From assembly GCA_047602425.1 (NCBI GenBank), contig JASGHG010000001.1, forward strand, positions 4,992,001 through 5,056,000: a DNA stretch of 64,000 bases. The letters run 5' to 3'. Positions 41,997-51,858 of this stretch are shown in pieces. The stretch's first letter is position 1. Every line of letters starts with the position of its first letter. Below the pieces are notes generated by a model, which was not told the origin of the DNA, ran no database searches, and saw only the letters and a list, made by a program, of their open reading frames with translations. Origin of the DNA: Nibricoccus sp. Its GTDB lineage: Bacteria > Verrucomicrobiota > Verrucomicrobiia > Opitutales > Opitutaceae. The position numbers and the translations under genes were made by a program.

Positions 41997-42581
41997 TCAC
42001 TCGTAGTCGTACAGCTTCGGATCGCGCCGCAGCGGTCGCCGCCGGGCCTTGAAACGAAATTTCCCTTCCTTTGGCTCCGGTTTGTTTGCGTCGGGCATGG
42101 GCCCTTCTCCATAAGGATCGTCCATGCCGCCACCTTCGTCGGGAAATGCGCCGCCGAGTTCTTCTTCGAGTTTTTCGGGATCAGCGCCTTCTTCGAGTTT
42201 GCGCACGACTTCTTCCATTTCGCCGTCGATCTTTTCGCCGGTGAGCTCAGCCATGCGGCGCATCATGCGGCCCATTGCACGCGGATCGTTTTCGTCGACG
42301 TTGGCGAATTCGCCCTCCATCGCATTCATCGCCGCCTCCATGCGCGCGTCTTCGGCCGGATCGCCACTGCCCGCGTCGGCGGCTCCAGGCATATTTTCGT
42401 TCGCTTCAGCGTCGCCCGACTTCTTGCCGCTCGTTTTCACCGCGAAGGCCGAGACGGTTTTTTGCATGCGAAACTTCGGATTATCCGGACATTTCGGGAC
42501 GAGTTTTCCCTGCGCGAGGGTCTTCGCGAAAAACTGGTAGATCGTATTGTTGTCGGGACAATAGTACTCGTAGATCGGCAT
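41997..42581 (-). CDS. FmdB-family zinc-ribbon-like protein
   Basis: N-terminus [10 protein letters not shown]...KCP, followed by [13 protein letters not shown]. Confidence 0.82.
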   Translation of the reverse strand: MPIYEYYCPDNNTIYQFFAKTLAQGKLVPKCPDNPKFRMQKTVSAFAVKTSGKKSGDAEANENMPGAADAGSGDPAEDARMEAAMNAMEGEFANVDENDPRAMGRMMRRMAELTGEKIDGEMEEVVRKLEEGADPEKLEEELGGAFPDEGGGMDDPYGEGPMPDANKPEPKEGKFRFKARRRPLRRDPKLYDYE

Positions 42582-42699
42582 AAGCGTTTTCCTGTTTATG
42601 ACTCCCGCCGTTTTGCGCAAGCGCGTCGGTGCAGTCCGTGGACTTGACGCATTTGCTAGGTTGCCTTCATCACGCATCGCATCAGGTTGTTTCATTCTC

Positions 42700-44151
42700 A
42701 TGTCCAACGACGCTCCTATTCCTGTCACCGTCCTCACCGGCTTCCTCGGCGCCGGCAAAACCACGCTGCTCAATCGCATCCTCACCGAACAACACGGGAA
42801 AAAACTCGCCGTCATCGAAAACGAATTCGGCGAGGTCGGCGTGGACAACCAGCTCGTTATCCAGAGCGACGAGGAACTTTTCGAAATGAACAACGGCTGC
42901 ATCTGCTGCAGCGTGCGCGGCGATCTCATCCGCATTCTAGGCCGCTTGATGAAGCGCAAGGACCGTCTCGATGGCATCCTCATCGAAACCACCGGCCTCG
43001 CCGACCCAGGCCCCGTGGCGCAGACGTTTTTCACCGACGACGAAATGCGCGCCAAGTTCCGTATCGACGGCATTGTCACCGTCGTCGACACCAAGCACAT
43101 TCTCCAACACATCGGCGATTCGCCCGAGGCGCAGAAACAGATCGCCTTCGCCGACGTCATCATCCTCAACAAAACCGATCTCGTCTCCCCCGCCGATTTC
43201 GATCGGCTCGAAGCGCGTATCAAGAAAATGAATGCGGCGGCCAAAATCCACCGCGCGCAAAATGCCAACGTTCCGCTCGACGCCGTGCTCAATGTCGGCG
43301 GTTTCAATCTCTCCCGCGCCACCGAACTCAATCCCGCGTTTCTCGAACCCGAATATCCATTCGAATGGGCCGGCGTTTATCCGTTGCCCGCCGGCACGCA
43401 CGAACTCGTCATCGGCCACTGCCACCACGATCACGAGGAAGGCGAACACGATTGCGGCCATGATCACGCCCACGAAGGACATGACCATGAACACGGTCAC
43501 GACCACGAAGGCCACGAGCACCACCATCATCACGGCAATCCCGACGAACTCGACGTTGTCGTGATGCCCTTAAAATCGCTCGACGAAAAAGACATCGCCA
43601 CCGCCCGCGACGCCGCCGTTGTGACGTTCTCCGACTGGGAAAACAAAGTGAAAGACGGCGAAGCTTTCCAACCCGGCGGCACGCTTCAACGCCTGCTCCT
43701 CAAAGACGGCCATGGCCATTACAAACTGGAGATCAAACAACCCGGTAACTTCCTGGTGTTTGAAGGTTGCGGCGAAGACCCGCTGCATATCCACGTCGCC
43801 GGCGACACGGTGAAACCGGTCTGGCAAAAAGATTTTCAACACACGCATTCCCACGAAGACGCCGTGTCCTCCGTCGGGATCAGCGAGCCCGGCGACCTCG
43901 ACGGCAAGCGTCTCAACGACTGGATCAGTCGATTGCTTCGCGAAAAAGGCGGCGACATCTATCGCATGAAAGGCGTGCTCTCCGTCAAAGGTTCGAACAA
44001 ACGCCTCGTCTTCCAAGGCGTACACATGCTCTTCGACGCCAAATTCGACCGCGAGTGGAACGGTGCCGCCCGAACCAATACCTTGGTTTTCATCGGCAAA
44101 AACCTCGACCGCTCCGCCCTCACCGAAGGCTTCAAAGCCTGCATGGTCTGA
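42700..44151 (+). CDS. CobW/COG0523 metallochaperone GTPase with His-rich insert
   Basis: [28 protein letters not shown] and NKTD motifs; CobW_C motif YRMKG...FQGVH. Confidence 0.95.
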   Translation: MSNDAPIPVTVLTGFLGAGKTTLLNRILTEQHGKKLAVIENEFGEVGVDNQLVIQSDEELFEMNNGCICCSVRGDLIRILGRLMKRKDRLDGILIETTGLADPGPVAQTFFTDDEMRAKFRIDGIVTVVDTKHILQHIGDSPEAQKQIAFADVIILNKTDLVSPADFDRLEARIKKMNAAAKIHRAQNANVPLDAVLNVGGFNLSRATELNPAFLEPEYPFEWAGVYPLPAGTHELVIGHCHHDHEEGEHDCGHDHAHEGHDHEHGHDHEGHEHHHHHGNPDELDVVVMPLKSLDEKDIATARDAAVVTFSDWENKVKDGEAFQPGGTLQRLLLKDGHGHYKLEIKQPGNFLVFEGCGEDPLHIHVAGDTVKPVWQKDFQHTHSHEDAVSSVGISEPGDLDGKRLNDWISRLLREKGGDIYRMKGVLSVKGSNKRLVFQGVHMLFDAKFDREWNGAARTNTLVFIGKNLDRSALTEGFKACMV

Positions 44152-44234
44152 GCCTATTTCAACTGAGATGAAGGCTGCCGCGCCTTCGTTGCTGTATTTG
44201 AAAATCGAACCCATGGGCTCCTCAAACGCCACCC

Positions 44235-44675
44235 ATGCCTAAACGCAGCCATAGTCGGCCCAAGAGTTCAACGGGTCCAGCCTTCGGCACCGCCAAGCCC
44301 TTGCATCCTCACGCTTGGCTCTGGGAGCCGGTTGAACAGGAGCCAACCTTTGTCCTCCGCACGATGTTTGGCGCCAAAGCCGTTTATCTCCACGGGCTGA
44401 TGATGCTCTGTTTCACCGCGAGCAAGGAACCTTGGCGCGGCCTGCTCGTCTGCACCGACCGCGAGCGTCAACCCGCGTTGATCGCCGAGTTTCCTTCGCT
44501 CGTTCCTCACTCCATTTTGCCGAAATGGTTATACCTGGCAGAAAGTTCGTCTGATTTCGAGACAACCGCCGCCATACTCGTCCGTCTCGCCCGTCAGCGC
44601 GATCCACGGATCGGCATCATTCCACAAGCGAAGAAACGCGCAAAACGGCTCACAAAGTCACGTCAGGAGAAATAG
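44235..44675 (+). CDS. Hypothetical protein (TfoX N-terminal-like)
   Basis: MFGAKAVYL...EPWRGLLVCT...KWLYL...DPRIG. Confidence 0.7.
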   Translation: MPKRSHSRPKSSTGPAFGTAKPLHPHAWLWEPVEQEPTFVLRTMFGAKAVYLHGLMMLCFTASKEPWRGLLVCTDRERQPALIAEFPSLVPHSILPKWLYLAESSSDFETTAAILVRLARQRDPRIGIIPQAKKRAKRLTKSRQEK

Positions 44676-44692
44676 CTTTTGATCTGGTCCAA

Positions 44693-45496
44693 CTACTGAA
44701 CCGATTTGAGCACGCTCAGCATTTCGGGGTGAATCCGGCCGTTGCTCGCCACGTAGCGGCCGCGGTCTTGGTGCTGGGGATTTGATCCCCCTTGATAGTC
44801 CGTTACCGTACCGCCTGCTTCGCGCACGAGGAGTACTCCGGCCATGACATCCCATGGTTTGAGGTCTTTTTCCCAATAACCGTCGAGCCGGCCCGCCGCG
44901 ATGTAGGCGAGATCCAGCGCCGCCGAACCGAGCCGGCGCTCGCCACGAATTTTCACGAGAAATGCTGCCCATTCCTTCAGGTTGTTGTCGGGATTGGTGT
45001 GTTTGTCGTAGGGAAAACCGCTCGTTACCACGGCATCGATCAGTTCGGCCGTCTGTGTCACGCGCAGCGGTTGCCCATTGAGTTGTGCGCCCCCGCCACG
45101 GATCGCGGTGAAAAGTTCCCGGCGCGTCGGGTCGTAAATCACGCCGAGCAACGGCTGCCGGTCCGGCGTGGTGAGCGCGATGCTGGTGCAGAAATGCGGA
45201 AGCTTGCTCGCAAAGTTCACGGTGCCGTCGATTGGGTCGACGAACCATTGGTAAGAGGCTATTGCCAACGACGCCCCTTGCCCTCCGCCTTCCTCGCCGA
45301 CGATGTGATGATCGGGAAATTTCTTCAGCAATTCGCGCACAATAAAGGCCTCGGCCTCCGTGTCGGCCGCCGTCACAATATCGATGCGACTGCTTTTCAG
45401 CGCGGTCGGGATCGGCGCCGCAAAATGGCGCATGATAATCTCGCCCGCACCGCGGGCGATTGTGGCAACGTCATCGAGAATTTCGTTCAACTGCAT
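44693..45496 (-). CDS. suhB: Inositol monophosphatase, SuhB-like
   Basis: VDPIDGTVNF, SGFPY, RRLGSAALDLAYIAAGRLDGYWE and PWDVMAG motifs. Confidence 0.88.
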   Translation of the reverse strand: MQLNEILDDVATIARGAGEIIMRHFAAPIPTALKSSRIDIVTAADTEAEAFIVRELLKKFPDHHIVGEEGGGQGASLAIASYQWFVDPIDGTVNFASKLPHFCTSIALTTPDRQPLLGVIYDPTRRELFTAIRGGGAQLNGQPLRVTQTAELIDAVVTSGFPYDKHTNPDNNLKEWAAFLVKIRGERRLGSAALDLAYIAAGRLDGYWEKDLKPWDVMAGVLLVREAGGTVTDYQGGSNPQHQDRGRYVASNGRIHPEMLSVLKSVQ

Positions 45497-45655
45497 GCCG
45501 ACAGCTTCGCGGCTCGCCGGCCGGCCGACCATACAAATAACGACGTCCCGATTTTGTTATGCCACGGCGGGAAACTGCAGGCACCGAGTCCGCATTTTCC
45601 GTCGCGGACCCTGAGGCCTACGGCGTAACATTCCCAAAATCCTACTTCGGCAACT

Positions 45656-46108
45656 TCAATTCGGAATCTCCGGCTCGACGAGCTTCGCCAGTTGCTCGAG
45701 CGATTCCTGCCAACCGAGGTAACACATTTCGGCCGGGATGACGGCCGGCACGCCGGCCTGTTCGATATTCAATTCGGTTCCGCACATCACCTTCTTCAGA
45801 TTGACGGTCACCGTGATGACGCCCGGCAAATTCGGGTCGTCGAATTTGTCTGTGTAGCGAAGACGTTCGTTGGGCACCAACTCAAGGTATTCACCGCCGA
45901 ACGAATGGCCTTTGCCTGAGCCAAAATTGATAAACGACATTCTGAAGGTGCCGCCGACCTTGGGCTCAAAATGATGAACTTTGCAGAGGAAGCCATACGG
46001 CGGAATCCAGCGGGCCATCGCGTCGGGATCGAGAAACGCGCGATAAACTTTTTCCGGTGACGAACGCAGTACGCGATGCAGGCGAATGGTATTGGTGGAG
46101 GTAGACAT
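45656..46108 (-). CDS. SRPBCC/AHSA1 family protein
   Basis: PEKVYRAF...GGTFRMSF...GEYLELVPNERL...GWQESL. Confidence 0.92.
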   Translation of the reverse strand: MSTSTNTIRLHRVLRSSPEKVYRAFLDPDAMARWIPPYGFLCKVHHFEPKVGGTFRMSFINFGSGKGHSFGGEYLELVPNERLRYTDKFDDPNLPGVITVTVNLKKVMCGTELNIEQAGVPAVIPAEMCYLGWQESLEQLAKLVEPEIPN

Positions 46109-46472
46109 GACTTTTTTCCTTTAGGTATTTGTACGATGTTGAGTGATTTCAAATTCTCAACGAACGACACCGTTTCGTTCGGACATCGCGGCTGCATTTC
46201 CTTAAAAACGCCATTTTTCGCCATCCGCTCAGCCATCCGTCGCAACCGTCAATTTTGCCCAAACTCACTCTTTGCAACTGCTACGTATCGCCAAATAGGA
46301 GGGCGCTGACAAACGCGGTCGGCCTGCAAAAAATATCACAGCCCGCACACTGGTTTTTCCTTCATGATCGCATCCAACCTTTCCGACTGTCCTTTAATAG
46401 CTTAACGCCGTTTGCTCGCGGCTGAATATCGAGGTTTTTCACACAAGTTTGGACGCTCGGTGTCGATATTGA

Positions 46473-49400
46473 ATGCACCCAGCTGTTCACGTGATCATTC
46501 AAGCTTCTTCACCTCCGCGCGCGCTCCGTGTTTCCGGTCGGGTGTTATTCCTTTTTTTTGCTGCGGTGCTCAACAGCGCGTTTCTCCACGCCGCTGAAGA
46601 ACCGACGAAGTCTTCATCCACTGCATTGATCCAAAATTCCCCGGCTTCCTCCGGGCAGGCGCTTACTCAGGACACCGTGGTTTCTTCCAGCAGCGAACAG
46701 GAATCGCTGACGACGACCGCGGCCATTCGCCTCGAACCGGCGCAACCGAAAATCATCAAGACGGTCGCGTTGCGCGGCGTCGTCACCTTCGTCCACCCGG
46801 AGCGCGCGACATTTTATTTAAACGATGCCACCGGCGGCGTCGCCGTGGCCCTCGCGGATGAGCGCCTTTCGCTTCCCGCGGTCGGAGAGCAATTGACGCT
46901 GTCGGGAACAACCGCTCCGGGCACGCTGTTTCCAGTCGTGCGAGCCAACGCGATCAAAAAGGAAGGAGGCACGGACCTGCCCGTGGCGAAAAAAATCTCC
47001 TTTGCCCAAGGCATGTCGGGCACGGAGGAAGCCCAATGGGTTTCGATTTCCGGACAATTGCTGCGCAACGAAGCGCTGGGAGCGTGGCAACGCCTGACCC
47101 TCGCCACGCCCGAAGGGGAATTCACCGTGAGCATCCTCTCGTCGAAACAACATCCCTCGGCCCCGGGCACCAATCTCAACGTTCGCGGCGTATGCACCGT
47201 CTGGACCCAACGTGGTTCGGGAAAAATTGGCGGTTTCTTCCTGTTTTGCCCGTCTCTGTCCGACGCACGGACGATCACCGCCGGCACCACCGGCCCCTCC
47301 GTGTTCATTCGCGCCCGGCAGGTGCAGGGGCTGCGCGCGGAAGAGGCTCAAGCGGGACAGCCGGTAAGCTTGCGCGGCGTGGTCACCTTCACCCACCCCG
47401 ACCAGCATGTCTTTTACCTCAACGATTCGACGGGCGGCGTGCTCGTCTGGACCGCTGATCCGAAAACTCCCCTGCCCTCGATTGGAGAAACGGTCGCCGT
47501 GACCGGCGTGTCGAGCCGCGGCACCGTCATGGCCAGCGTACGCGCGGACAAAATCGAACCAACCGGCGCGCAGGCACTGCCCACGCCGCGTTCGATCAGT
47601 CTGGAACAGGCTATGACCGGCTCGGAGGACGGCCAGTGGGTGGAAATGTACGGGCATCTGCGACAGATTGATGTCGCTGGCACTTGGTTGCGCATGAATC
47701 TGACCGCCGCGGCCGGGGAATTCACCGTGAGCATTCCGCGCGCCTCGGCGACGGACCTGAAAGTTGGCACCTACGTGTTGGTTCGTGGCGTTTGTCAGGC
47801 CTGGTTGGACAAAAACCAGAAGATCGGCGGCGTCTTTCTCTACACGCCCACGCTGGACGACCTCAAAGTCGCGGAGGCTCCGCCGGCCGATCCTTTCGAC
47901 GTGCCCGAAGACACCATTGCCAACCTTCCGCTTTATCGCACGCAAACGCTGCAACGTCTCCAGGTCCGGATCAGCGGCACCGTTTTATACCACGCTCCTG
48001 GCCGCTATCTGGTGGTTGAAAACGACTCCGGAGTCGTCCGGGCTTTCGCGCGTGACGAAACGCCCGTCGTCCCGGGCGATCGCGTCGATGTCGCAGGCAT
48101 TCCCGGGCGCTTGGGAAATCTTTCCGTGTTGCGCGGCGCCGTCTTCCGCCGAGTGGCCACGGGTCCAGCGCCACAGCCTCTCGATCTTGCCGGCAGGTGG
48201 GATGTGAATCCGAGCTTGGAAGGCCGTCTTGTCACAACCAGTGGACAGTTGCTAAACGTCCTCGCCGCCGCCGGCGACACGCGCCTGCTTCTGCAAACCG
48301 CACAACCGATGTTGGAGCTCGTCCACCGGGGTCCGCTGCCGGCCCAACATGTCGCGGCCTGGCCGGTCGGCAGCACGCTCAAAATCACCGGGCTCTACTG
48401 CGTCGAATACGACGAGAACGATCGGCCCATCCGTTTTTCCATTCAGTTGCGCTCGCCGGCCGACGTTGTTGTGCAAGAGCGCGCGCCGTGGTGGACGATT
48501 CGCCGCGCGCTGATCAGCCTGGCGTTGATCGCCACCTGCCTCGTCCTCGGGTTGACCTGGGTCTTCGCCCTGCGTCGGCGTGTGCGACAACAAACCGTCG
48601 TGATCCGCGCTCAGTTGGAAAAAGAGGCCAACCTCGAAGCCCAGCATCGCCAGATTATTGAAAACGCGAGCGATCTGATTTTCACAACCGATCTTCAGGG
48701 ACAATTCACTTCTTTCAACCCAGCTGGCGAACGCATCACCGGTTACACGCCCGCCGAAGCATTGAAGCTCCGCTTCGCCGATTTGCTCCCGCCCGAGGAT
48801 CTCGCCGCGGCGCAAATCTTCCTCTCCCTCGCCCAGCGCGGCGACGCAGAGCCCGATGCCCATTTTGAGACGCGCTTCCGCACCCGCGACGGTTCGTCGG
48901 TCTGGGTTGAAACCAGCGCCCGTCAAATTCGCGAGGCGGGCAAACTGACCGGCCTGCTCGGGATCTCCCGCAACATCAGCGAACGGAAACAGATGGAGGA
49001 GCAAAAACGGCGCCTCGACGCGCTGAGCCGCCATGTGCAGAAAAACGAAAGCCTTGGCCGCATGGCTTCCGCCATCGCGCACAATTTCAACAACCAGCTT
49101 CAATCGATCATCATGGGCTTGCAGGTGTCGCTCCACGAATTGCCCGTGACCTCCGAAATGGCCGGCATCCTCAATACTTCGCTCAATTCCGCCAACAAGG
49201 CGTCGCAGATCGGCAGTCTCATGCTCACGTACCTCGGTCAAACTCCGGGCAAGCTCAGCCTGATCGATCTTTCCGAAACCGCCCAAAAGAGCCTGCAACG
49301 GTTAAGGCTGTCTTTGCCAAAAACGATTCAGCTGGAAAGCAGTCTCGCCACCCCCGGCCCCGTCGTCGAGGGCGGCGCCGACCAGATCGAACAAATCCTT

Positions 49401-49775
49401 CCCAACCTCGTCGCCAACGCCGTGGAATCGTACAGCAACGCCCGTGGTATCGTCCGCATATCGGTCACCCAGGTCGCCGCGCAACACATCCCGGCTTCGC
49501 ATCGCTTCCCCGTCGACTCCGAACCACACGCCACCAGCTACGCGTGTCTCTCCGTCGCCGACGAGGGTTGCGGCATCTCCGAGGAAAGCCTTGGTGAAAT
49601 TTTCGATCCATTCTTTACCACCAAATTCCATGGCCGCGGCATGGGCCTGGCCGTCGTCATGGGCGTCGCGCGCGCCCACGATGGTTTGATCGTTGTGGAA
49701 AGTGCGCCCGGCCGCGGCAGCCACTTTCGCGTCTACCTCCCGCTGGCCGCTCCTGTCACTCTGCCCGCCATCTGA
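46473..49775 (+). CDS. PAS sensor histidine kinase with a large repetitive extracytoplasmic region
   Basis: Repeated LRGVVTF / QWV...G.L modules, PWW + TM helix, PAS domain, AHNFNNQL, FDPFFTTK and GRGMGL. Start codon uncertain. Confidence 0.9.
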   Translation: MHPAVHVIIQASSPPRALRVSGRVLFLFFAAVLNSAFLHAAEEPTKSSSTALIQNSPASSGQALTQDTVVSSSSEQESLTTTAAIRLEPAQPKIIKTVALRGVVTFVHPERATFYLNDATGGVAVALADERLSLPAVGEQLTLSGTTAPGTLFPVVRANAIKKEGGTDLPVAKKISFAQGMSGTEEAQWVSISGQLLRNEALGAWQRLTLATPEGEFTVSILSSKQHPSAPGTNLNVRGVCTVWTQRGSGKIGGFFLFCPSLSDARTITAGTTGPSVFIRARQVQGLRAEEAQAGQPVSLRGVVTFTHPDQHVFYLNDSTGGVLVWTADPKTPLPSIGETVAVTGVSSRGTVMASVRADKIEPTGAQALPTPRSISLEQAMTGSEDGQWVEMYGHLRQIDVAGTWLRMNLTAAAGEFTVSIPRASATDLKVGTYVLVRGVCQAWLDKNQKIGGVFLYTPTLDDLKVAEAPPADPFDVPEDTIANLPLYRTQTLQRLQVRISGTVLYHAPGRYLVVENDSGVVRAFARDETPVVPGDRVDVAGIPGRLGNLSVLRGAVFRRVATGPAPQPLDLAGRWDVNPSLEGRLVTTSGQLLNVLAAAGDTRLLLQTAQPMLELVHRGPLPAQHVAAWPVGSTLKITGLYCVEYDENDRPIRFSIQLRSPADVVVQERAPWWTIRRALISLALIATCLVLGLTWVFALRRRVRQQTVVIRAQLEKEANLEAQHRQIIENASDLIFTTDLQGQFTSFNPAGERITGYTPAEALKLRFADLLPPEDLAAAQIFLSLAQRGDAEPDAHFETRFRTRDGSSVWVETSARQIREAGKLTGLLGISRNISERKQMEEQKRRLDALSRHVQKNESLGRMASAIAHNFNNQLQSIIMGLQVSLHELPVTSEMAGILNTSLNSANKASQIGSLMLTYLGQTPGKLSLIDLSETAQKSLQRLRLSLPKTIQLESSLATPGPVVEGGADQIEQILPNLVANAVESYSNARGIVRISVTQVAAQHIPASHRFPVDSEPHATSYACLSVADEGCGISEESLGEIFDPFFTTKFHGRGMGLAVVMGVARAHDGLIVVESAPGRGSHFRVYLPLAAPVTLPAI

Positions 49776-49857
49776 CGTCTTCGCGCCTCACCCCTCGAAA
49801 AACCGCCGGCGATTTTTGCGCTCGCGCTCCTGTGAGCCGCGGCGTTTTTCATCAGGC

Positions 49858-50679
49858 ATGAAATCGCCCAACCGCATGCTCGTGCCCGATGCCGTTACGT
49901 GTGTCGCCTTGGGCTTGCGTGACGCCATTTCCCGGAAGCTCATTCTTTTTTCCATCGGACTCTGGTCCAGCGCCCTCGTTCTGTGGTGCATCGTTCTGGT
50001 TGCGGCTTGGAGCGCGATAAAATCCTTCGCCGGTCTCATCGCCGCGTGGATGTTGCTCGGGATTTTCTCGATTTTCCCAAATTGGCTGCCCGCGAGCGCC
50101 CAGGCCAAACTCGCTGGCGTCCCGCTGCCGGTCGGCGCCGAGGCTTTGCTCGGCCCGGTCTTTCACGGTGTCACGTGGTTCGTCCTGATGCTGCTGGTCG
50201 TCGCCGGCGTGACGATTACGGTGCGCATCGGCCTGGAGTTTTTCCTGATGCCGCTCATCCGCAGTCAAGTCCTCCGCTCCTACCCGCCTTTTCCGACACA
50301 CCCGACTTCCAGCCTTTTCACGCCCATCAAGAACGCCGCCAAGACCGCCACGCTCGTCATCGCCATCGGCCTGCCCTGCCTGTTGATCCCGGTCGCCAAT
50401 GTGGTGCTGCTCTTCATGCTTTTCGGCTACCTCAATGTCAGAACGCTCGTCAACGAAGCGCTCGACGGCCTGGCTTCGCCCGAGGAGCAGCGCCGCGTCA
50501 TTCAGATTGCCCGCTGGCGCATGGTTCTGGTCGGCTCGCTTCTCGCCGCCGCCGTCACCGTGCCGTTCGCAGGTTTCATCGCCGCGTCCTGGACCGGTGC
50601 GAGCACCTGCCACCTTTGCCTGCGCACACTGTTGAGTTTGCGCGAGAGTGGAACGACGGGCGTAACGGCCGAGGGCTGA
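49858..50679 (+). CDS. EI24/CysZ-like membrane protein
   Basis: Multi-TM protein with LLIPVANVVL...GYLNVR pattern. Confidence 0.7.
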   Translation: MKSPNRMLVPDAVTCVALGLRDAISRKLILFSIGLWSSALVLWCIVLVAAWSAIKSFAGLIAAWMLLGIFSIFPNWLPASAQAKLAGVPLPVGAEALLGPVFHGVTWFVLMLLVVAGVTITVRIGLEFFLMPLIRSQVLRSYPPFPTHPTSSLFTPIKNAAKTATLVIAIGLPCLLIPVANVVLLFMLFGYLNVRTLVNEALDGLASPEEQRRVIQIARWRMVLVGSLLAAAVTVPFAGFIAASWTGASTCHLCLRTLLSLRESGTTGVTAEG

Positions 50680-50711
50680 AGGCTCGGCCGCTCACTCGAG
50701 CAACAGGGATT

Positions 50712-51230
50712 TTACTTCTGAAGAAGTTTCTTCAGTTCTGGCAGCACCGTCGTAGGCGAGCGCCAGTCCTGGCCTTGGTCTTTGGCGATAAGTTCGTTCC
50801 CATCGGCATCGAGCACGATGAGATAAGGGATGCCGCGGGCGGCGTGCTTTCTCAGCAGAGCAAGACCACGCTCGTCGTATTTGAGCGCCAGCCAGGGCAT
50901 CTTGGCGCCGGACATGTATTCCTCCATCTGGGAGGCGGATTTGTCGCTGCTTACAAAGATGAGTTCGAACTTTGGATTCGCGGTTTTGTTTTCGTTGTAG
51001 AACTCCACGAGCTTCGGGGTGAAAGCGCGACAGGGCGGGCACCAATGCGCCGAATAGTAAATCGCGATGAGTTCCTTGCCCGCGAGCGCGTCGCCGGCGG
51101 CAGCGGCCACTTTGTCATCGGAAAGGCGAACGAGTTTACCCTTCGTGGCGTCGGCAATCTGGCCGGCACTGACTTGGGAAACGATGGCGAAAAACGCAGA
51201 GAATATGGCGATCGATTTCAAGAATTTCAT
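50712..51230 (-). CDS. Exported thioredoxin-like protein (nucleoredoxin/tryparedoxin type)
   Basis: Signal peptide; YYSAHWCPPCRAFTP, FVSSD, MPW and GIP motifs. Confidence 0.92.
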   Translation of the reverse strand: MKFLKSIAIFSAFFAIVSQVSAGQIADATKGKLVRLSDDKVAAAAGDALAGKELIAIYYSAHWCPPCRAFTPKLVEFYNENKTANPKFELIFVSSDKSASQMEEYMSGAKMPWLALKYDERGLALLRKHAARGIPYLIVLDADGNELIAKDQGQDWRSPTTVLPELKKLLQK

Positions 51231-51416
51231 GGGCAACAGGGTTTTCGATTGAGGATGAACAGCCCAGACAAGATGACGAAAAAACCGCCCCGTGCAATCA
51301 CTGCTCCGCACGAGCGTTGTTTCGGACAAATGCTCATTGGCGGAGCGGCTTGACCCAAGACGCTGGTTTGAAAAGCGCGAAGTCGAACCAACGCGCTTCA
51401 CCTCGGAAATCGATCC

Positions 51417-51730
51417 TCCAACACATCAGTGTACATGAGTGATTCTAAGTGGTTAAAAAAAATCCGTCCGCACCTCCTCATTAGCGCCCATTAGCACAAA
51501 TGAGCGGTTTACCCCTTCCGTCGCTCCACCGAAAGGCGCAGCGTAAAGCCAGTCCCAAGCGTCGCGCGATCCACCTGGGTAGAATTCTCATTCCTTTCCA
51601 ATACATCAGTGTGCATGAGTGATTCTAAGTGGTTAAAAAAATTCGCCCGCCCTTCCTCATTAGCGTCCATTAGCGCAAATGAGCGGTCTACCCCTTCTAT
51701 CGTTTCACCGAAAGGCGCAGCGTAAAGCCA
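51417..51730. repeat. Direct duplication of a ~135-bp composite unit (51417-51551 and 51597-51730)
   Basis: Both copies read TCCAAyACATCAGTGTrCATGAGTGATTCTAAGTGGTT...ATTAGCG...CACCGAAAGGCGCAGCGTAAAGCCA. Confidence 0.92.
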
Positions 51731-51858
51731 CCACCCGTCGCTTAGGCCACAGCACCAGTTCGGTTAGTGCGAAAAATGTGCAAAAGCGTGCCTAATGTTA
51801 CTGAGTATTTACACTAATCGCTCTTGCGCGCGGATGCTTCACGCCGAACCGTAGCGGC

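Noticed and set aside
51417..51730. Possible CRISPR array
   Set aside because: Only two ~135-bp units, no 25-45-bp repeat/spacer periodicity and no cas genes.
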